DNA of 64,000 bases. Source: an uncultured virus (IMG/VR IMGVR_UViG_3300037067_008746). Its lineage: Duplodnaviria; Heunggongvirae; Uroviricota; Caudoviricetes. Position 1 is the first letter of the stretch. Each line of letters starts with the position of its first letter. A program made the translations under genes and the position numbers. The stretch lies in the IMG/VR virus record IMGVR_UViG_3300037067_008746; one strand, written 5' to 3'. Shown piece after piece: positions 41,339 to 51,581 of the stretch. The notes under the pieces are model-generated. The model worked only from the letters and a program-made list of their open reading frames with translations. It had not been told where the DNA came from and did not search any database.

Positions 41339-41456
41339 AAATCAACGCATCGATGATATTTAACATTAGTGATCACGATATCTTCACACTTCAGGCGAAT
41401 GGCGTCCGAGATATCGGTCGAAGGGTGATGGCCATAGCTCATGATTTCATACCTCA

Positions 41457-41630
41457 TCAAGCTCTTTTCGCAGTAATCTTTCCGATCTTTCCCTTCTCAT
41501 CGGCGACCACATCACCCAACGCCTTGTAATCTGCATCAACCTCGATCTTCGGATTGGCTGCGAGGATTAAGTCTATCTGCTTTCTGCGAAGCTTATTGAC
41601 ATCGGTATTGTCTTTTGCAACTTCTACCAA
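41457..41630 (-). CDS. Small hypothetical protein (57 aa, TTG start)
   Basis: Manual translation MVEVAKDNTDVNKLRRKQIDLILAANPKIEV...; aggag upstream. Confidence 0.5.
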   Translation of the reverse strand: MVEVAKDNTDVNKLRRKQIDLILAANPKIEVDADYKALGDVVADEKGKIGKITAKRA

Positions 41631-41729
41631 TTAATTCATCTCCTAAATATTCACTCACATCTATCACATCAGACAGAAATAGGACTGTCTGTTCACCTAT
41701 GGGGATTTCCTCTGCGATTGGCAAGAACA

Positions 41730-42083
41730 TCAATATATCTCAGGCGGCACCGGCTCACCGGCCTTGCAGTAATCGCACCTGGCATCAAAGACCACGCCGA
41801 TCTTGCCCGGAGCCCGCCAGATGTTTGCCATAAACTCTTCTTCGGTGCCATTATAAGCGGCTACATCTTCTAGCCATTCGTCCCGCGTCCACAGAATGAA
41901 ATAGTTTTCATTCACAAAGGTAAACGCGCCTGCTGGAAGATGGATGCAATTGAGCATCCCGGTCGATGTCCTGAGTTTCAGGAAATCGGTATTATTTTCA
42001 TAAGGTCCTAACTGGGTTGATAAGGCATCAGATGGCATTAATAGCACTCCTAATGCTAACAGCATTAATAATATTTTTCTCAT
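41730..42083 (-). CDS. Secreted hypothetical protein
   Basis: Signal peptide MRKILLMLLALGVLL. Confidence 0.7.
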   Translation of the reverse strand: MRKILLMLLALGVLLMPSDALSTQLGPYENNTDFLKLRTSTGMLNCIHLPAGAFTFVNENYFILWTRDEWLEDVAAYNGTEEEFMANIWRAPGKIGVVFDARCDYCKAGEPVPPEIY

Positions 42084-43852
42084 ACAATGGTCACTGCCCA
42101 GGGCTTAAAGCCCTCTGAATAGAAATCTGTCTGAAGATCACTAATTACTGCATATCCCGTTAGCGGATCATACCTGCTTGTCCCTGCATTCCATGCCCAA
42201 TCGGACGTATCATGGCCGGGGCCTTCTTCTGCTGGCGGTTCTGTCCCTGGCGTGCCTGTCGGAGCCGAAATCCTGAGTTGGATGCCGCTTGCATAGGTGT
42301 AGTTGGCGCGGGCTGCCCATGCTGATAACAGAACATCGGTGTTTTGTTGGGCGGTCCATCCCATGCCGTAGATGCGAAGGTCGCGAATAGCGATGAGATG
42401 GGCGATGGAGCCAGGGGTGATGCCGGTGCATAGATATGCATGTACTATTGTGTTCGTAGCGGAGAGATCGGACAAAGATCCTGAAATCGCAGTTGATGTG
42501 GGCGTAAAACTCGTACTCATCGAGTCGAATCCTGCTAACGATCCAGTCAGATACGTTGAGCTAGACCCGAAATCAGCACCAGTCAACTTACTTTTACACG
42601 CGAGCGAATCTACCGATCCCTCATATTTTCCATTGAGTCTGAGTAGATTTCCTAATCCAGCTATTTTCGAAATGGGGATGCGGTCATTTGTGGTATATGA
42701 CGACAATTGTGTCAAATTGACGCACTTTTCAAGATTCTTTATAAATTTAACCAGGTCGCTATCATCGTTTAGAACTGTTATCGCGCTCAGCGGCACGCCC
42801 TTGAAAACCGCCCTATGTGGCCCCGCCGTTGGGTAGGTGATCCCGGCAAATCCATTCCAGGAAAATGCATAAGTGTACGGGCCTGCGCCAGATCGGACCA
42901 TGCGGAATGTACCGCAATCCGTGACACAATCTATATCGTGTGGGGTCGATGTGGTGAATGTGGGATCGAATAACGATGCGCTGCCATCTCCCGCGCTGCC
43001 CACGGTGGCGATCAAGCTGAGGTCGGAGCACTTCAGGCGATAGAGACAACTGCCGGTGTTGTTGACTATGCCAAGGGTGGCTCCGTTGCCGTCGCCTTGA
43101 TCGGGGATGATGCAGAGGGAATATGAGACACAAGCAGCAGATAAACGAGTTGCATATGTAAATAACATATCCGATTGGTAAACAGTCGATGCCGAGCACA
43201 TATACCAATTTAAACCATCGGTGCACAGATCTTCGATAATGCGACCACCAAAATCAATATTGGAATCAAACGTAAGATTCGCACCAGACGCATTCAATTT
43301 TACTATTCTAGTATTTCCAGTATCAGCAACATAAGCAAATCCTGCATAATAAAATATCCCTTTTGGATTATTAAACTGCCCATCTCCCGCCCCCGTCGCC
43401 AGTATCGATGCAACCACCGTCATATCCGACTTTCTAACTTTCCTGACTCCATGCCCATCGGTGGCATTGTTGCTGGTGACGTAGACATAATCTGGATCGC
43501 CGGAGGCATCAATCATGCGGGCACCACCGTTCCCTAATATCGAAAACGTAGTTCCATTAGACCAATCGAGATTAAATCTCCTAATCGACGACACCGCCGC
43601 ATAAATATAATTAGCATCGGCATCTATCGCCTGCATCGCAAGCGACCACCACCAGAACTTGGAATAAAACGTCAGATTGGAATTACGAACGCAATAATTA
43701 TTGGTGCTGCCTCCATTCGCCACCAGCACCTTCCCCAATGCCGCGCTCCATCGGGCCTCTTTGGGGCTGTTGAACTCGTTGTCAGGCCCGCAGTTGGTCG
43801 TGACAATCAATTTATTCTTATTCTGTGAAAACAAAGAAGCAAAAGCGTTCAT
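42080..43852 (-). CDS. NHL beta-propeller plus LRR-like adhesin/receptor-binding protein
   Basis: GAGDGQFNNPKGI, YVADTGNTRI; LEKCVNLTQL, ISGSLSDL. Confidence 0.8.
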   Translation of the reverse strand: MNAFASLFSQNKNKLIVTTNCGPDNEFNSPKEARWSAALGKVLVANGGSTNNYCVRNSNLTFYSKFWWWSLAMQAIDADANYIYAAVSSIRRFNLDWSNGTTFSILGNGGARMIDASGDPDYVYVTSNNATDGHGVRKVRKSDMTVVASILATGAGDGQFNNPKGIFYYAGFAYVADTGNTRIVKLNASGANLTFDSNIDFGGRIIEDLCTDGLNWYMCSASTVYQSDMLFTYATRLSAACVSYSLCIIPDQGDGNGATLGIVNNTGSCLYRLKCSDLSLIATVGSAGDGSASLFDPTFTTSTPHDIDCVTDCGTFRMVRSGAGPYTYAFSWNGFAGITYPTAGPHRAVFKGVPLSAITVLNDDSDLVKFIKNLEKCVNLTQLSSYTTNDRIPISKIAGLGNLLRLNGKYEGSVDSLACKSKLTGADFGSSSTYLTGSLAGFDSMSTSFTPTSTAISGSLSDLSATNTIVHAYLCTGITPGSIAHLIAIRDLRIYGMGWTAQQNTDVLLSAWAARANYTYASGIQLRISAPTGTPGTEPPAEEGPGHDTSDWAWNAGTSRYDPLTGYAVISDLQTDFYSEGFKPWAVTIV

Positions 43853-43861
43853 TTTGCACCC

Positions 43862-44485
43862 TCAGAGGAAGAACCCTTCCATCACGACAGTAAACACTTC
43901 GCCTGATGTGGGAGTATAACCGGCAGCCGCTTGCAAACACCAGTACAACGTGGTGCTAGCAGCGCCTAACTGCATCTCCCACCAACCGGGATCAGATACC
44001 GCCCTGGCATTCACTGCAAGAGTATAATTATTGTTGCATGGAATTACAAGACCGCCCAATGCCGCCGTGGTATCATCGATAGACAACTCTGCATTGTCGT
44101 TTGTGGCCGCGAAGGTTGCCGGAAATATGCAGATGTTTGCGGAAAGACCAGAGCCTTTAATGGAGCTGATTACCCTGGCATTGGTAATTACTAGGAAGCG
44201 GCCAACGGTTGCTCCAAATGCCGCCAGATCCTGAGACATGATTGCAGGCGAGCTGGTGCTGTTGCAAATCGCATCCCCGGCTGTATAGGCATTACCATCC
44301 GAGGGCCGGGTAAATGATTGTAGTATCTTGAATCCTACCATGCCGGTTTTGCCGATATATGCCGTGCCCGCCGGGGTTGCCCCCTCCACAGCCGTCTTGA
44401 TGCTCGCCAGACTAGCGTTCCCAGTGTCTTGCTTAGTGACTAACGAGGAAAGATAAGACCTGACAGCATCCTTGAAACTAGTCAC
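43862..44485 (-). CDS. Putative structural/fibre protein
   Basis: TRPSDGNAYTAGD...YTPTSGEVF. Confidence 0.7.
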   Translation of the reverse strand: MTSFKDAVRSYLSSLVTKQDTGNASLASIKTAVEGATPAGTAYIGKTGMVGFKILQSFTRPSDGNAYTAGDAICNSTSSPAIMSQDLAAFGATVGRFLVITNARVISSIKGSGLSANICIFPATFAATNDNAELSIDDTTAALGGLVIPCNNNYTLAVNARAVSDPGWWEMQLGAASTTLYWCLQAAAGYTPTSGEVFTVVMEGFFL

Positions 44486-44932
44486 CTAGATGCCCCCTTT
44501 AGACGTAAAGCAATTGACACACTGTTTAAGCTGTTCAGCAAGAGCAGATGCATTTTTGATACTACAATAAAACTTACCACTCTGCGCGATCATTGGGGCA
44601 AGACCATTATTTTGAAGCCACTTGATACAGGCAAGAACGGTTGATTGAGGAAGACCTGTACCCGACACAATATCAGAAAGAGACTGGCACCCAGTATCAA
44701 ACATAGCAGACACCGCGCGAAGGTTGTCCAGACTGACGATATCACCAGAATCAACAACTGATAAGACAGGAGCAGATGCAACGGATTTAGATGCGATTTC
44801 AAGTTCATCACCAACCAGAGAAATTTCAGGTGACTCAAGAGTTTCGATAAGCGGTTCAGCGACTTTAACCGATCCAATTGCACCGGTGTCAACTTCTTCG
44901 GTAATCACATTACTATCCAACACATCTGCCAT
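44486..44932 (-). CDS. wHTH protein with acidic N-terminus
   Basis: SLSDIVSGTGLPQSTVLACIKWL. Confidence 0.65.
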   Translation of the reverse strand: MADVLDSNVITEEVDTGAIGSVKVAEPLIETLESPEISLVGDELEIASKSVASAPVLSVVDSGDIVSLDNLRAVSAMFDTGCQSLSDIVSGTGLPQSTVLACIKWLQNNGLAPMIAQSGKFYCSIKNASALAEQLKQCVNCFTSKGGI

Positions 44933-44941
44933 AATATCACC

Positions 44942-45655
44942 TTACACGCCTCTGGTATAAATAGAAACCGAGAACGACGTTTTATCCGCCCATGACCGGG
45001 GATTGCCATCGACAATGACAGTTTTAGGTATGGTAATCTCCCTGCTAAGTACAACAACTTCACCAGGCGCAACGACTGGAATCTGAGACGGAGGAAAATC
45101 AACCAAAACACTGTGCTTATATTTATCAGAAGCAACCAATTTCATCCAACCAGACCACGGTTTGTTACCGACGTTCTGAAACTCATATGATATTGTATTC
45201 ACACTATCAAAATCAATCTTCGATGGAACAGTCCGATTACCAGTGGGGCGAAGAAGAGGGCGATTGACCAGGTGATCTTCAACGAGAGAGTTTACCTTAT
45301 CTAGCACCTGGGTAACTTGATCAGACAATTTAGTGGAATAATCAGAAATATAATCAGAAAATTCAGTGGCTTCATCTTCGGTGGAAATCGTTTGATTATA
45401 ATCAAATGATGCGTTTTGAGCACGAGTATTGAAACCAGACATGGCATCATTTATCTTAGCAATGACTTCCGAACGGACGGCTTCAAGCAATTCATCGGAA
45501 TCTTTGCGAAATTTGGTGCCATCAACATAAGATTTAACAGGATGCAAATCGATATATGGTTGAGCATAATCAATCGAATGTGATACTAAACCATTTGCAG
45601 TGCTGTATGCATAATCTATAGTGCCTTTGGCTACTTCACCAATAGTGATTGCAAT
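44942..45655 (-). CDS. Helical plus Ig-like (CARDB/NBR1-like) protein; start uncertain (ATT 45655 or TTG 45547)
   Basis: FQNVGNKPWSG...VAPGE; frame open to 45682. Confidence 0.65.
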   Translation of the reverse strand: MAITIGEVAKGTIDYAYSTANGLVSHSIDYAQPYIDLHPVKSYVDGTKFRKDSDELLEAVRSEVIAKINDAMSGFNTRAQNASFDYNQTISTEDEATEFSDYISDYSTKLSDQVTQVLDKVNSLVEDHLVNRPLLRPTGNRTVPSKIDFDSVNTISYEFQNVGNKPWSGWMKLVASDKYKHSVLVDFPPSQIPVVAPGEVVVLSREITIPKTVIVDGNPRSWADKTSFSVSIYTRGV

Positions 45656-47415
45656 CCCCCCAAGTAAGTATTGGCAATGATATTAGGAATGATGGTACTA
45701 CCTAGCTCAGATAAATTATAAATCTTTGAACCAGGAACAGAAATAGTAATCATTCTGGTTTGACCAGGGAAAACGAACTCGAATCCGGTCCGATAATTCC
45801 ATTTAAACGTGGGCGTTTCATAATCACCAGTGTATTCCTCACCGGTTTCATCATAATACGCAGCAGAATAATCCTCAAGATCGACGGTGGAAGTGAACCT
45901 GATGCCAAACCAACCTTGCCACAACAATTTGCCAACATTAGTTACACCAAACGTGAACACGTTATTAGGAATAACATTACCATCGTCATCGGTAATGGAA
46001 TCATACTTACTGATGCGAGACGGAGTATTAATATCGCCAGTGAACCTGATGAGAGGAACATTGGTATAGTATTGATCCATGTACTTTTTGAGATGAGATG
46101 ACAATCCATCAGAAATGTAACTGAGATAACCAGAATAAACAGTGAAATACGACGAAACACGATCATTATACCTGCCAACGGCAACAGACAATCGATTAGA
46201 TATATCAGAAACACGATCATCGGTAAGATCTTTCACGTTATCGTTAACATATTCAACGGCGGTGCCATACATATCATTAAGAAATGTGGAATAATTAGTT
46301 CCAAGAACGGACGTGGTGTTATTATACTCCTCATATAGCGACGTGAGCGCATCAGAGATGAGCTTACTGGCACCATTGGCAAGAGCCGATTTGCCATTTC
46401 TATAATCAACGCCATCGACGAATATGGGATGATAGCCACTGACAAAATATCGTTCGAGCGCACGAAGAGTGATTTCAGCCTTTTTGGATATACCATAAAT
46501 CAAATTATTAAGTTTATTGCGAATACGAACAGTTTCGTCAAAAACCCTGGAACTGAAGGCAGCGATGGCATAAGCAGTGACCAAATCAGCACGTTCAATA
46601 TCAGTCTTGTAAGTAAATGTGCGGGAAACTTCGTCGAACAACGCACTAAGTTTAGCAGACGAAATATCGATAGCATTTTTGATGGTCAGTTGACTGGCGG
46701 TCATCTGATCAGTGGCAGCCGACGAGTAATATTTATATGCGGACAATGCCGTGTTGTATGAGGTATTGGCATTATTAATTTCATCGTTATACTCAGACGA
46801 GATTTCGGTAAGTATGGAATTAACATCATCATAGAAACCAATTGGAATTGACTTGTATGCAACATATAACGCAACAAGACGCTTAACGGATTCATCAGCG
46901 CGTTTATCGGCGCGATTTATCGCGGCAATAAATGAATCAGTGATGGCAATAATGTAAAACTTTGATGCCTTGATTTGAGAAGTTGTAAGAGCAGACGTGA
47001 AACGGTCATTAGCAGATGTAAGAAGAGATGAAACTTTGGTATTAACATCTGCGACAGACGCGGAAATGTGATCAGACAGAGCATTAATTTGGTCTTGAAC
47101 AGACTTGAGTTGTTTTTCGGTCCTTATTGACAAAGATGCAACCCACGTGTTGATGCTCTGTGTGGACCTCTCTATGACGGATGTGAGATTAACCACATAA
47201 TTACCGTATATACCAGTGGTAGAATCACCAACGCCAACAGAAAACGATGAGATGGCACTATCGAAGACATCCGTAGATGAGATTGGTTCATACGGAACGG
47301 TAGAGACACGTTTAATGAGAAGATCGACAAAAGGAGTTAACTCAGATTCAAACTGTGCAAATGCTGACGCAAGTTCGGTATCAAAAATGGATTGGATGGC
47401 AGGAAGGTCATTCAT
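45631..47415 (-). CDS. Long helical protein with C-terminal Ig-like domain, paralog of the downstream gene
   Basis: VTNVGKLLWQGW...VFPGQ. Confidence 0.75.
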   Translation of the reverse strand: MNDLPAIQSIFDTELASAFAQFESELTPFVDLLIKRVSTVPYEPISSTDVFDSAISSFSVGVGDSTTGIYGNYVVNLTSVIERSTQSINTWVASLSIRTEKQLKSVQDQINALSDHISASVADVNTKVSSLLTSANDRFTSALTTSQIKASKFYIIAITDSFIAAINRADKRADESVKRLVALYVAYKSIPIGFYDDVNSILTEISSEYNDEINNANTSYNTALSAYKYYSSAATDQMTASQLTIKNAIDISSAKLSALFDEVSRTFTYKTDIERADLVTAYAIAAFSSRVFDETVRIRNKLNNLIYGISKKAEITLRALERYFVSGYHPIFVDGVDYRNGKSALANGASKLISDALTSLYEEYNNTTSVLGTNYSTFLNDMYGTAVEYVNDNVKDLTDDRVSDISNRLSVAVGRYNDRVSSYFTVYSGYLSYISDGLSSHLKKYMDQYYTNVPLIRFTGDINTPSRISKYDSITDDDGNVIPNNVFTFGVTNVGKLLWQGWFGIRFTSTVDLEDYSAAYYDETGEEYTGDYETPTFKWNYRTGFEFVFPGQTRMITISVPGSKIYNLSELGSTIIPNIIANTYLGGLQSLLVK

Positions 47416-48230
47416 TCGAACAACCTTGGAGGAATAAGACCAGTTTGTGATGGAACTATGTTAATACCGCCGTCCGATGAAGGAAACGAGAATGATGAAC
47501 CAGACACAGGAGATTTCTTGGATGCAGAAATTTCCTTTTTCAAGTCGCCGCGCGTCTTGAACATGCTACTAACAAGTTGTTTGCGGGACAAAATGTTATC
47601 ACCATCCTTCATAGCAGCTTCTGCGATATCAATTGCATCCTGTTTAACGCGCTCGATTAATTCAGGATCGAGATCATCAATCTGGCCGTCACCAAACGAC
47701 TGAATGGCCTGTTTATAACGAGGATCAGTAACGAACCCGGAAGCAAGGTCGGCGAGAAACGCCAATCCAAGAGACACAGCGACGTTGCCAACGGGCCGGA
47801 GGGCAAGCCCCTTGACGAGCCGGACAGCAAACGTCATGTATTTAGGAAGAACCGGGGCAAGCTCACCAGCAGAAACACGAATTTGTTGTGACGCGGCTTG
47901 CTGCGGAACAGACTCGTATGGCCGGGACCGAGAAGTATTGCGCTGCGCTGCCTGATCCATGGCGCTACAAACATTACATCTCATGAGAATACTGGGAGTA
48001 TCATCACTGTCGATAACCTCTTCAAGAGAATATTTATCTTTGGGGTAATCGACGAATGCGATGCGAGTGGCATTGGCAGAACTATCGAATCCCATTGCAT
48101 ACCGCACGCCAGTTGGACGTTCGTCATGACCAACGTAATCATATATTTGAGGAGAAAGCACGTTAGCAGAGCCATGAGCACGCCAGCACTCACCAACATC
48201 CTCGACCGGAACACCATTCTTACCTTGATA
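47412..48230 (-). CDS. Hypothetical protein with a possible membrane segment
   Basis: ORF track; likely start MYQGK. Confidence 0.6.
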   Translation of the reverse strand, partial: YQGKNGVPVEDVGECWRAHGSANVLSPQIYDYVGHDERPTGVRYAMGFDSSANATRIAFVDYPKDKYSLEEVIDSDDTPSILMRCNVCSAMDQAAQRNTSRSRPYESVPQQAASQQIRVSAGELAPVLPKYMTFAVRLVKGLALRPVGNVAVSLGLAFLADLASGFVTDPRYKQAIQSFGDGQIDDLDPELIERVKQDAIDIAEAAMKDGDNILSRKQLVSSMFKTRGDLKKEISASKKSPVSGSSFSFPSSDGGINIVPSQTGLIPPRLFE

Positions 48231-48627
48231 CATTATGATCCACATCCAATGACGAATTATCAGATTGCACTTTATCAACCAACTTAATTATCACATTCTT
48301 ATATAACTCGATACTCTCATCATTACTATTTATCTCTTTCATGAGAAGAGGATAATTCCTATCAAGAAATCTATTAAGGACGCGACCGACACCACGCCAA
48401 TTCATGCCACGAATAGCACTGCGTACAAAATCAATATACGATACAAACGACGGCTGAGAAACAACAACATCAACGATATCATCGGCAGGAAGCGACTTGA
48501 TGACAGTATAAAAACCAATAATAGCGGCCTCACTAGGGAAGTTCGGGAGGTGGATGAGCTGGCCACATAACTCATACGCCAGCGGGTTTTCATAGACGAC
48601 TTCGGGAGAATTGCCATTGTCGGGCAT
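48220..48627 (-). CDS. Hypothetical protein
   Basis: Overlapping start/stop packing. Confidence 0.65.
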   Translation of the reverse strand: MPDNGNSPEVVYENPLAYELCGQLIHLPNFPSEAAIIGFYTVIKSLPADDIVDVVVSQPSFVSYIDFVRSAIRGMNWRGVGRVLNRFLDRNYPLLMKEINSNDESIELYKNVIIKLVDKVQSDNSSLDVDHNVSR

Positions 48628-49808
48628 CAGAACCTCGCATCAACATTGGCACCAGCCGGAGAAAGCGAGTGCTTCTTAATCAATTGCGTCTCAAAAACGC
48701 CGCCAAGAAGACCGCCGAGAGACGAAATGGCAGACGCGCGCCTGGATTCTTTGGCAAGTTCAATCTCAAGCTGCCTGGACTCCTTAGACAACTCGTGCTC
48801 AAGGCGCTTATCAGCGCGACGAATCTCAGCCTGAATCTTTTCCTGTTCGGGAGTAACCATGGACACAGGGACACCACCTGCCTTGGCCTGCTCAAACATA
48901 GATTTCAATTGATTGAGAGGAACCTGGGGAGGAGCGCGGAGAGTTTCTTCAAGTTGAGCCATCCTGTCGCGAAGCTGCTCATTCTCCCTGGCAGAGTACT
49001 CCTTATCTTTCGTGACAAGCTCCATCTGAAGTTTGATTATCTGAGATTGTGATTCAGTAACTGCTTTTTGAGCTGCGTCCTGGGCAGCTTTATTTTGATC
49101 CTGTACATTCTTGAACAGCTCGCTGAACGCGGCAGTTGTTTTTTCATTTATTTCTTTGAACGTGTTGACAACGGTAACAACATCGACCTGCTGAGAAGGA
49201 GGCTGATACGGTTGCTGCTGCGGAGTAGCGGATTTCTGCAACTCAACGCCAACCTTGATCATGTCCATGACAGACTGAATCATACCAGCGCCAGTTTCAG
49301 AACCAACTGGCGAGGAAGGACGAGAAGCGACCATGCCAGGAAACGGAGCGGGAGATGGATTGAGCAATTCGGGATGTTCATTGATAAATTTAATTTTTGC
49401 TTCATCCGATTCAAGATTCTTCAAGACCGCATCAACAACGGCAGACGGATTAGTGGACATGAGAGGATCAAGCAAGCCGCGTCCGGGCGCGGGAGTCTGA
49501 TTGACGCCGGTGACAGGACCAGGCAACTGTGAACGGGCGGCATCACGTTTCTTTTGCTCTTCCAACAAAAACGACTCACTTTGAGCCAACGCGCCATTAA
49601 CGACATTCTTCTGTAGCTGTGCAAATGCCTGATCGATGACAGCCTTGTGGGCAGCATCAACGATGCGATCAGGAGTCATCGCTTCGAGAGAAATGGCGGG
49701 CGGAAGACCTTCATCACTTTTACCAGGAACAGCAGAAATCGCCTCGGACGCAATCTGAACAGGTGATATGCGTTTAGGAGTCGGCTTAGTATCATCAGAT
49801 TTGGCCAT
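48627..49808 (-). CDS. Pro/Gln-rich coiled-coil protein (scaffold-like)
   Basis: Low complexity, heptads; TATA upstream. Confidence 0.75.
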   Translation of the reverse strand: MAKSDDTKPTPKRISPVQIASEAISAVPGKSDEGLPPAISLEAMTPDRIVDAAHKAVIDQAFAQLQKNVVNGALAQSESFLLEEQKKRDAARSQLPGPVTGVNQTPAPGRGLLDPLMSTNPSAVVDAVLKNLESDEAKIKFINEHPELLNPSPAPFPGMVASRPSSPVGSETGAGMIQSVMDMIKVGVELQKSATPQQQPYQPPSQQVDVVTVVNTFKEINEKTTAAFSELFKNVQDQNKAAQDAAQKAVTESQSQIIKLQMELVTKDKEYSARENEQLRDRMAQLEETLRAPPQVPLNQLKSMFEQAKAGGVPVSMVTPEQEKIQAEIRRADKRLEHELSKESRQLEIELAKESRRASAISSLGGLLGGVFETQLIKKHSLSPAGANVDARF

Positions 49809-49865
49809 ATTTGATATAATTGATAGAAACTGTCTTATATAGCTTACCGATGAATAGATACACCA

Positions 49866-50225
49866 ATGTCAGGCATGAAACCATCGCCGATAAAAAGAAA
49901 ACGGGGGCAACGGAGGAAAGGAAAGAACGACAATGATGGTGCGTGGAGAAGATTGCCAGAAACCAAGTCAGAAAAACAGGTAAAAATACAATTTTACATA
50001 GACAAAGATATTAGAGATAGGATGGAATTAGTCGCGCCAATGTTAGTTAAAATGGAACAGAACTCGCCGGGGGGAGGAATAGAACGGAGCACACCAGGAT
50101 TATTCTGCGCATACTGCTGCAAGACAATAACGATCAGCCTGGAAAAGATGATAGAATCTCTAATACAACAAACCAAGCAAGAGGAAAATAATGCCATCAC
50201 ACCCAATACACATAATAATGGATGA
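49866..50225 (+). CDS. Basic RHH-like DNA-binding protein
   Basis: KIQFYIDKDIRDRME. Confidence 0.55.
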   Translation: MSGMKPSPIKRKRGQRRKGKNDNDGAWRRLPETKSEKQVKIQFYIDKDIRDRMELVAPMLVKMEQNSPGGGIERSTPGLFCAYCCKTITISLEKMIESLIQQTKQEENNAITPNTHNNG

Positions 50226-50493
50226 AATTCTGTTCGGGAGAGGAGTGTGTTTTCCCGAAGTGCATAAATATCTCGATAGAATGCAGCCTTATTTTCAATC
50301 AAACCATAGAAAATATTATCATGATCTACAAACAGTATATAACATTTACCAAATGACAGGTAACAGAACGATGGCGATGTCCGCATACTTCCACATAATA
50401 CTAGACAGCATATCTGATGAAGTGGGACAAGAACATGCGGTTGCCGAATTAGTAGATAGAATAAAACGAGGAGAAATTATATGCCAACTGTAA
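50191..50493 (+). CDS. His-rich metal-dependent helical hydrolase-like protein
   Basis: MPSHPIH...VHKYLD...HRKYYHD...HIILD. Confidence 0.6.
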   Translation: MPSHPIHIIMDEILFGRGVCFPEVHKYLDRMQPYFQSNHRKYYHDLQTVYNIYQMTGNRTMAMSAYFHIILDSISDEVGQEHAVAELVDRIKRGEIICQL

Positions 50494-50840
50494 AAGAAGA
50501 AAAATGTCCGAGATGTGAAATGGATGCATCGATGCTGAGCATGGCGGCGGCGCATATAGCATGCGGAACGCTGAAGGACGACGATGAAAGAGGAAAATGT
50601 AATGAATGGGCAGCAGGAATAGACCCGGCAAAAATGACAGCAGAGCAGATGATGGAGGAATTGTATGATAGAGCAGGAATCGACGGGCTGTCAAGAATGC
50701 CAGAGCTTTATAACCAGCAAATAAGAAGCCTGGTAATAAAGAAAGTAGGAACAAAACTAGAGCACGGAGAACGGGTGACAAAGGAAGAGCAGGAGCTGTA
50801 TAATAAATACACTAAGAAAGAAATGGCAAAGGGGATCTGA
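50481..50840 (+). CDS. Cys-containing helical hypothetical protein
   Basis: CPRC, C...C. Confidence 0.65.
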   Translation: MPTVKEEKCPRCEMDASMLSMAAAHIACGTLKDDDERGKCNEWAAGIDPAKMTAEQMMEELYDRAGIDGLSRMPELYNQQIRSLVIKKVGTKLEHGERVTKEEQELYNKYTKKEMAKGI

Positions 50841-50842
50841 AG

Positions 50843-51577
50843 ATGGCAGAAATAACCGGAGAAATGCTAATTGCATTCGGAGAAGCCAACAATATGCGAA
50901 TAATGAGCCACAGAGATCCTAACAAGTGGGCAGAGAAAATAAACAAGAATAATGGAAAATGCCCATGCGGGAAGGAGTGCCCATGCGACGACTGCACTTG
51001 CATGTTTTACGAGAAATCGGTGCCAGGGAAGGAAACAATAATGGTAAACAACACTGAAATAGCATCAGCAATCGAGACACTGGAAAAGGCGAAAGACGCA
51101 CTAATGAACATTCAACTAGACGAGCCAGAGAAAACAGCTCGCGCCATGGAGGAAGCAGCTAACATGGTAGAGAAAGACGCAATAGAACATAAATGCGGGC
51201 AATGCGAGGACTACATGATGGGACTGGCAAGAAAACTAAACTTCATGCGCGACGAATGTGGAAAAGACACGAATTCATGTATGACAGAACGCGACCTGAC
51301 GATAGAAAGGATAGAAGGGATGCAGGAGACATTCATAGCCGCAGACGAGCTAATAACGAAAGCAGAACAGGAAACGACCAGAGACAATGGCTCCCATGGA
51401 GAGAACCATACCGATGAAGACATACCCGAAGCATTTCACGACTGTATAACAAGAACAACAAAAACACAGCTCCAAGACTTGAAACATGGTGATAGAATAT
51501 GCACCGCATCAAAGATGTGTGGAACGAAGAAACTGACCAAGGAAGATGCAGTGGCATCATGTGTGAAAGGGGCATGA
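50843..51577 (+). CDS. Cys-rich protein with N-terminal ferredoxin:thioredoxin reductase catalytic-subunit-like motif
   Basis: GKCPC-GKE-CPC-DD-CTCMFY resembles CPC..CPC..CHC.LF. Confidence 0.55.
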   Translation: MAEITGEMLIAFGEANNMRIMSHRDPNKWAEKINKNNGKCPCGKECPCDDCTCMFYEKSVPGKETIMVNNTEIASAIETLEKAKDALMNIQLDEPEKTARAMEEAANMVEKDAIEHKCGQCEDYMMGLARKLNFMRDECGKDTNSCMTERDLTIERIEGMQETFIAADELITKAEQETTRDNGSHGENHTDEDIPEAFHDCITRTTKTQLQDLKHGDRICTASKMCGTKKLTKEDAVASCVKGA

Positions 51578-51581
51578 AGAA

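Noticed and set aside
43862..44932. Pyrrolysine readthrough fusing two in-frame ORFs at TAG-GTG
   Set aside because: The two halves differ in composition and predicted function, the GTG is a plausible start, and no pyl genes are seen.
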